Of a stretch of 53,531 bases of DNA, positions 48,601 through 53,531 are shown in pieces. The notes beneath the pieces were generated by a model. The model saw only the letters and a list, made by a program, of their open reading frames with translations. It was not told the origin of the DNA and ran no database searches. Source of the stretch: Flavobacteriaceae bacterium (GTDB taxonomy: Bacteria > Bacteroidota > Bacteroidia > Flavobacteriales > Flavobacteriaceae); contig JAQWJH010000042.1 in assembly GCA_029248455.1 (NCBI GenBank), forward strand, positions 1 through 53,531. Reading direction: 5' to 3'. The translations under genes were made by a program, and so were the position numbers. The stretch's first letter is position 1, and every line of letters starts with the position of its first letter.

Positions 48601-48996
48601 TTGGAGAATAAAATTAATTTTTTTGTAAGGTATAGTGAAACGGACCAAATGTCTTTTGTTTACCATGGTAATTATGTAAAATACTTTGAAATGGGAAGAA
48701 TTGATTGGTTAAATAAATTAGGTTTTTCTTATAAAAAAATGGAAGAAGATGGGATTTTACTTCCTGTAATTGATCTTAAAATAAATTTTAAAAAATCAGC
48801 ACTGTTTGATGATAAATTATCCTTAACAACTAAATTAGTTAAAACCCCTTCATACATGATTGAATTTGATTATAAAATTTCTAGAGATGAACAGTTAATT
48901 ACGACTGGTTATACAAAATTAATTTTTTTAAATGCCAAAACAAATAAACCTATGAGATGCCCTAGCTCAATTATTGAAGCTATTAAAAAGGTTTAA
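48601..48996 (+). CDS. Acyl-CoA thioesterase, 4HBT/YbgC family (TTG start)
   Basis: 131 aa. YSETDQMSFVYHGNYVKYFEMGR hot-dog thioesterase motif. Confidence 0.75.
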   Translation: MENKINFFVRYSETDQMSFVYHGNYVKYFEMGRIDWLNKLGFSYKKMEEDGILLPVIDLKINFKKSALFDDKLSLTTKLVKTPSYMIEFDYKISRDEQLITTGYTKLIFLNAKTNKPMRCPSSIIEAIKKV

Positions 48997-49996
48997 TAAT
49001 TTCAAGTTCATCATTTCCAATTTTCTTCTTTACTATTATATTTCCGTTAATTTTTGGTGCCTTTAGACCTTTTACTAATTTTTTATTACTGCTAAAAACT
49101 CTAGCCTCATCCCAAATGTTATTTTTGATGAACAAGTCCAATGTTTTTCTTCCACCCTCAACTATTATGGATTGAATATTTTTTTTAAATAAAAATTTAA
49201 TAATTTCATCAATTAAAGGATTGGATAAGTTAATTTCTTTTTCAGTTATTTTTAAAGTTGTGGCTTCTTTATTAAAAATATTAAAACCTTCATTTAAATT
49301 ATTATCCAAATCCACAACAATTCTTGTTGGATTATGTCCACTCCAATCTCTAATGTTTAATTTTGGATTATCATCAATTATTGTATTGTAACCAACTAAA
49401 ATAGCATGTTCCTTAGCTCTCCATTTATGAACTAATTGTCTGCTTTTTAATGAGCTAATCCAAAAAGGTTTTTTTTCTATTTTTTTTAAAGGTGATATGA
49501 ATTTTTCATTCGATTGTGCCCATTTTAAAATTATATATGGTCTACTGTTTTTATTGAAACATAGAAAATTCTTGTGCAATTCGTCGCATTCATTTTTTAA
49601 TACTCCAAAAACTACATTTATATTATTTTTTTTTAAATATTCAATTCCTTTTCCATTTACTTTTTTACTGTTGTCAAGAGTCCCAATAACCACCCTAGGA
49701 ATGTTATATTTAGATATTGTGTTACAACATGGTGGAGTTTTTCCGAAATGAGAGCAGGGTTCTAAAGTAACATATAGGGTAGATGTTTTTAATAATTTAA
49801 TATCCTTGATTTTGTTAATTGCATTTATTTCTGCATGGCTTCCACCATGCTCACTTGAATATGCTTCGGAAATAATAGAATTGTTGTTCACAATTATACA
49901 ACCAACACTGGGGTTAGGATATGTTTTACCAATCCCCTGTTTTGCAACTTCAATACAACGCGACATGAAATAAATATCTGAAAATTTGTTATCCAT
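48983..49996 (-). CDS. ribD: Bifunctional riboflavin biosynthesis deaminase/reductase
   Basis: 337 aa. NPSVGCIIV, HAEINAI, TLEPCSHFGKTPPC deaminase zinc motif plus C-terminal reductase domain. Confidence 0.9.
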   Translation of the reverse strand: MDNKFSDIYFMSRCIEVAKQGIGKTYPNPSVGCIIVNNNSIISEAYSSEHGGSHAEINAINKIKDIKLLKTSTLYVTLEPCSHFGKTPPCCNTISKYNIPRVVIGTLDNSKKVNGKGIEYLKKNNINVVFGVLKNECDELHKNFLCFNKNSRPYIILKWAQSNEKFISPLKKIEKKPFWISSLKSRQLVHKWRAKEHAILVGYNTIIDDNPKLNIRDWSGHNPTRIVVDLDNNLNEGFNIFNKEATTLKITEKEINLSNPLIDEIIKFLFKKNIQSIIVEGGRKTLDLFIKNNIWDEARVFSSNKKLVKGLKAPKINGNIIVKKKIGNDELEIIKPF

Positions 49997-50064
49997 TATT
50001 CTTATTAGAAGTTTTGTCTATTATTATTAAGATGTATCTTCACTTAACAAAAATAATCTAAAAA

Positions 50065-50562
50065 ATGGAAGAAAATTCTAAATGGATTATAAGAGAGGTT
50101 AATGATTTTGACAATGCTGAATTACATAACGTATTATCAGACGTAATGATAGAGTTTGGTGTTCCTAAAAAAGGTACTGCGCTTGGAGATCCTGAACTAA
50201 AAAAAATGAGTAATGCTTACAAAAATAAAAGAAGTGTTTATTACATAATTGAAAATGATAACAAAATTTTTGGGGGAGCGGGAATTTCTAAATTAAAAAA
50301 TTCAAATAAAAATATATGTGAACTTCAAAAAATGTATTTTTTAAAAGAAGCACGAGGAATTGGTATGGGTAGGATAATGATTGAAAAATGTTTAGGTGAT
50401 GCTAAAAATTTCGGATATACTAATTGTTATATTGAAACTATGATTAATATGAAATCAGCTCAGAAACTTTATTTATCTCAAGGCTTTAAATTTATTGAAA
50501 AACCATTGGGAAATACTGGACATAATGCTTGTCCAGTTTGGATGATAAAAAAAATATTATGA
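50065..50562 (+). CDS. GNAT-family N-acetyltransferase
   Basis: 165 aa. Acetyl-CoA-binding ELQKMYFLKEARGIGMGRIMIEK. Confidence 0.75.
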   Translation: MEENSKWIIREVNDFDNAELHNVLSDVMIEFGVPKKGTALGDPELKKMSNAYKNKRSVYYIIENDNKIFGGAGISKLKNSNKNICELQKMYFLKEARGIGMGRIMIEKCLGDAKNFGYTNCYIETMINMKSAQKLYLSQGFKFIEKPLGNTGHNACPVWMIKKIL

Positions 50563-51398
50563 CACTATTGGAGTATCATGATTTATTTTTTAAATCTCTA
50601 AAATTAAAAATTGATACAAATGAGCTTGGCGAGTTTTTTTTCTGGATTATTGAGCACACTCTTGGTGTCAATAGAATCAATTACATGTTAAATCCTCAAT
50701 ATTTAATTAACATCAATAAAATCCCTAGTCTTATAAATTCTATTAATCAATTAAAAAATGATATGCCGATTCAGTATGTTGTTGGTCAGACAGAATTTAT
50801 GGGAATGAAATATTTTTTGAATCTTGAAGTTTTAATTCCAAGGCCTGAGACAGAAGAATTGGTTTCTTGGGTTTTAGTAAGTAATCCAAAAAATCAAAAA
50901 ATTTTGGATATTGGAACAGGTAGTGGTTGTATTGCTATTAGTTTGGCTAAATTTTTAAAATCATGTGAGATTACCGGTTGGGATTTAAATAATAAAATTT
51001 TGAACGTTGCAAGAAAAAATGCTGAATCAAATAATGTTGATGTTTCTTTTGAAATTCAAGATATAAAATCTATAACATCCAAAGAAAAATTTGATGTCAT
51101 AATTTCTAATCCCCCATATATAACCTTGCGAGAAAAACAATTTATCAAAAAAAATGTTCTACTACACGAGCCCCACAAAGCATTATTTGTATATGACAAA
51201 GACCCATTATTTTTTTATAAAAAAATAATAAGTTTTGCTTTAAGTAGTTTAAAAAAAAATGGTTGTATATATTTTGAAATTAATGAAATGTTTTTGGAAG
51301 ATGTTACAAAACTTTTAAATAATCGAGGTTTTTACGATATTGAGCATAAAAAAGATTTTAGATCTAAAAATCGAATGGTAAAAGCTTTTATTCAATGA
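50559..51398 (+). CDS. prmC: Peptide chain release factor N5-glutamine methyltransferase
   Basis: LIPRPETE, DIGTGSGCIAI and NPPY motifs. The start is set at the ATG forming an ATGA overlap with the GNAT stop. Confidence 0.85.
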   Translation: MTLLEYHDLFFKSLKLKIDTNELGEFFFWIIEHTLGVNRINYMLNPQYLININKIPSLINSINQLKNDMPIQYVVGQTEFMGMKYFLNLEVLIPRPETEELVSWVLVSNPKNQKILDIGTGSGCIAISLAKFLKSCEITGWDLNNKILNVARKNAESNNVDVSFEIQDIKSITSKEKFDVIISNPPYITLREKQFIKKNVLLHEPHKALFVYDKDPLFFYKKIISFALSSLKKNGCIYFEINEMFLEDVTKLLNNRGFYDIEHKKDFRSKNRMVKAFIQ

Positions 51399-53401
51399 AT
51401 TTAGTACTTGAAAAAATTGAAAAGTTAAGAGATGAATTACATTTTCATAATTATAATTATTACGTACTAGATAAACCGTTGATTAGTGATTATGATTTTG
51501 ATATGAAATTGAAAGATTTAATAAATCTTGAAAAAAAATATCCACAATTTTATGATAATAATTCTCCAACTTTAAGAGTCGGTGGGTCTATCATAAAAAG
51601 CTTTGACAGTGTCAAACATGATTTTCCAATGTATTCTTTAGACAACTCCTATTCAAAAAATGATTTAGAGGATTGGAACGATAGGATTTTTAAAAATATT
51701 GGACATAATAATCTTCAATTTCTATGTGAATTAAAATTTGATGGAGTCTCAATAAATTTAACTTACAAGAGTGGAAGGTTGATAAAGGCTGTCACAAGAG
51801 GAGATGGTATTGAAGGTGATGATGTTACTGAGAACATCAAAACAATTAAAACAATACCATTAAAATTAAAAGGATCTTTCCCAAAGAATTTTCAAATTAG
51901 AGGGGAAATAATTATTGAAAAAAATGATTTCCTAAAAATGAATGAAATCAGATTAAACCAAGGACTGGATCCTTACATGAATCCAAGAAATACAGCATCG
52001 GGAAGTTTAAAGTTGCAAGATAGTTCTGAAGTAGCAAGAAGACCTTTAAAATGCTTTTTATATCAAATCGTTTCCAATGAAGAGAATTATAAAACTCAAC
52101 AAAATTATTTAGAGAATGCTTTAGATTGGGGTTTTAATGTTTCCCAAACATATAAACTATGTAATAATTTAAATGAAGTGATGAATTATATAAACCATTG
52201 GGATCAAAAACGACATCTCTTAAATTATGAAATTGATGGTATTGTGGTAAAGGTAAATGATATTAATTATCAAAAGGAACTTGGTTTTACATCAAAATAT
52301 CCACGATGGTCTATTGCTTATAAATATAAAACTGAACAAGTTTACACCAGGCTAAAAAGTGTTTCCTATCAAGTTGGTAGAACTGGAGCCATAACACCAG
52401 TTGCGAATTTAGAGCCTGTACTTTTGGGTGGGACTTATGTCAAAAGAGCTTCTCTTCATAATGAAGATCAAATAAACAAGTTAGATTTACATGTAAATGA
52501 CATTGTAAATATTGAAAAGGGAGGTGAGATTATTCCAAAAATAGTTGGTGTTGATTTAGAAAAAAGAAATTTTGAGTGTGATAAAATTGAATTTGTTGAA
52601 AATTGTCCATCATGTTTTAAAATTCTTTCAAGAAACGAGTCGGAATCTCAACATTATTGTTTGAATTTTAAGAATTGTCCACCTCAAATAACTGGACGAA
52701 TTCAACATTTTATTTCTAGAAAAGCAATGGATATAAATGGGTTAGGCAATGAAACGATTGATTTACTTTATCAAAGTGGTTTAGTTTCAAACTATGCTGA
52801 TTTATATGACTTAAAAAGAGATGATTTACTGCCATTAGAAAGGATGGCTAATAAATCGGTTAATAATATTTTTATTGGATTGGAGGAGTCAAAAAAAATT
52901 CCTTTTGAAAGGGTTTTGTTTGCACTTGGGATTAGGTATGTTGGTCAAACCGTTGCAAAAAAAATAGCGCTAGCTTTTAAATCAATTGACAACTTAAAGA
53001 CAAAAAAAATTGAAGATTTGATTTTAGTTGATGAAATAGGAAATAGAATATCAGAAAGTATTGTTGATTTCTTTCAAGATGAAGAAAATTGTTTTATGGT
53101 AGATAGACTTAAATCATTAGGACTTCAATTTGAAATAATGCAAGATAAGAAGCCTGTAAATAATGTGCTGAAGGGTGACTCGTTTGTAATTTCTGGGGTT
53201 TTTGAAAATTATTCTAGAGACCAGTTAAAAAAAATGATAGAATTAAATGGTGGTAAAATTTTATCATCTATTTCTTCAAAAACTAATTATCTTTTGGGTG
53301 GAAATAATATTGGGCCAAGCAAATTATTGAAGGTGGAAAAGTTAAAAATACCGATAATCGGCATAGACAGTTTTATTAATATGTTGAAATCTAAACCTTA
53401 A
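51395..53401 (+). CDS. ligA: NAD-dependent DNA ligase
   Basis: 668 aa. Adenylation motif CELKFDGVS, OB fold, Cys4 zinc finger CPSC...C...C, HhH region and C-terminal BRCT. Confidence 0.95.
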   Translation: MNLVLEKIEKLRDELHFHNYNYYVLDKPLISDYDFDMKLKDLINLEKKYPQFYDNNSPTLRVGGSIIKSFDSVKHDFPMYSLDNSYSKNDLEDWNDRIFKNIGHNNLQFLCELKFDGVSINLTYKSGRLIKAVTRGDGIEGDDVTENIKTIKTIPLKLKGSFPKNFQIRGEIIIEKNDFLKMNEIRLNQGLDPYMNPRNTASGSLKLQDSSEVARRPLKCFLYQIVSNEENYKTQQNYLENALDWGFNVSQTYKLCNNLNEVMNYINHWDQKRHLLNYEIDGIVVKVNDINYQKELGFTSKYPRWSIAYKYKTEQVYTRLKSVSYQVGRTGAITPVANLEPVLLGGTYVKRASLHNEDQINKLDLHVNDIVNIEKGGEIIPKIVGVDLEKRNFECDKIEFVENCPSCFKILSRNESESQHYCLNFKNCPPQITGRIQHFISRKAMDINGLGNETIDLLYQSGLVSNYADLYDLKRDDLLPLERMANKSVNNIFIGLEESKKIPFERVLFALGIRYVGQTVAKKIALAFKSIDNLKTKKIEDLILVDEIGNRISESIVDFFQDEENCFMVDRLKSLGLQFEIMQDKKPVNNVLKGDSFVISGVFENYSRDQLKKMIELNGGKILSSISSKTNYLLGGNNIGPSKLLKVEKLKIPIIGIDSFINMLKSKP

Positions 53402-53531
53402 TAGAATTAGATTCTTCTTTAATTTCTTTTCCTGATAAATAGAAATCAATTTTTCCAATATTTATTCCAAAACAACCCACTTGATTAATTAAAACATTAT
53501 TACCATTTAAGTTAGTCACCTGCACAGGCTT
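53391..53531 (-). CDS. 3-prime fragment of an unidentified gene entering from the right edge (possibly metallophosphatase/5-prime-nucleotidase-like)
   Basis: Open minus-strand frame ...KPVQVTNLNGNNVLINQVGCFGINIGKIDFYLSGKEIKEESNSIKV ending at TAG (53393..53391). Overlaps the ligA end by 11 nt. Family guess is weak. Confidence 0.3.
   Translation of the reverse strand, partial: KPVQVTNLNGNNVLINQVGCFGINIGKIDFYLSGKEIKEESNSIKV

Noticed and set aside
17424-53531. Search for defence systems, toxin-antitoxin pairs, prophage, integrases, transposases or CRISPR arrays in the non-duplicated part
   Set aside because: Every ORF of appreciable size has a housekeeping or envelope assignment, apart from a few small hypothetical proteins. 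No repeat-spacer structure or recombinase motifs were seen.

Overview
Very AT-rich, tightly packed chromosomal DNA with Bacteroidota/Flavobacteriia hallmarks: a TonB-dependent receptor + DUF4249 pair, two-subunit transketolase, DUF721 after recF, TAnnTTTG -7 promoter boxes and crtI-crtB-crtZ carotenoid genes. I annotate about 65 protein-coding genes and 3 tRNAs (Lys-Lys-Leu). I found no rRNA, CRISPR, transposase/integrase or recognisable defence genes. The right-hand 36 kb (17.4-53.5 kb) is ordinary housekeeping: ribH, carotenoid genes, aroK, transketolase, tgt, lptF/G-like, accA, dnaB, thrS-infC-rpmI-rplT, murQ, icd, rplS, trmD, htrA-like, dapF, mltG, dnaA, ribD, prmC, ligA. The left-hand 17.4 kb is not ordinary. 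Positions 1..8218 and 8345..17423 are a diverged, tail-to-tail mirror image of the same ten-gene block (recF, DUF721, ndk, DUF2520, kdsC, maf, Na+/solute symporter, SRPBCC, SDR, photolyase/cryptochrome). A 126-bp non-palindromic core separates the arms, and the duplication runs off the left edge. By hand alignment the arms are about 70-94% identical at protein level, with many synonymous differences. This is therefore either an old inverted duplication of normally single-copy genes or a chimeric join of two related genomes. Sequence alone cannot decide between these. The arms differ in two ways: the left ndk carries an in-frame TAG, and the right arm holds an extra DUF2911 gene. Other anomalies are a +1 frameshift in an A9 run inside crtI, an infC that must start at ATA/ATT, a tRNA operon that abuts crtI with no room for a promoter, and many convergent gene pairs with overlapping 3-prime ends. 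All identity percentages are manual estimates, start codons are provisional, and no database search was possible.
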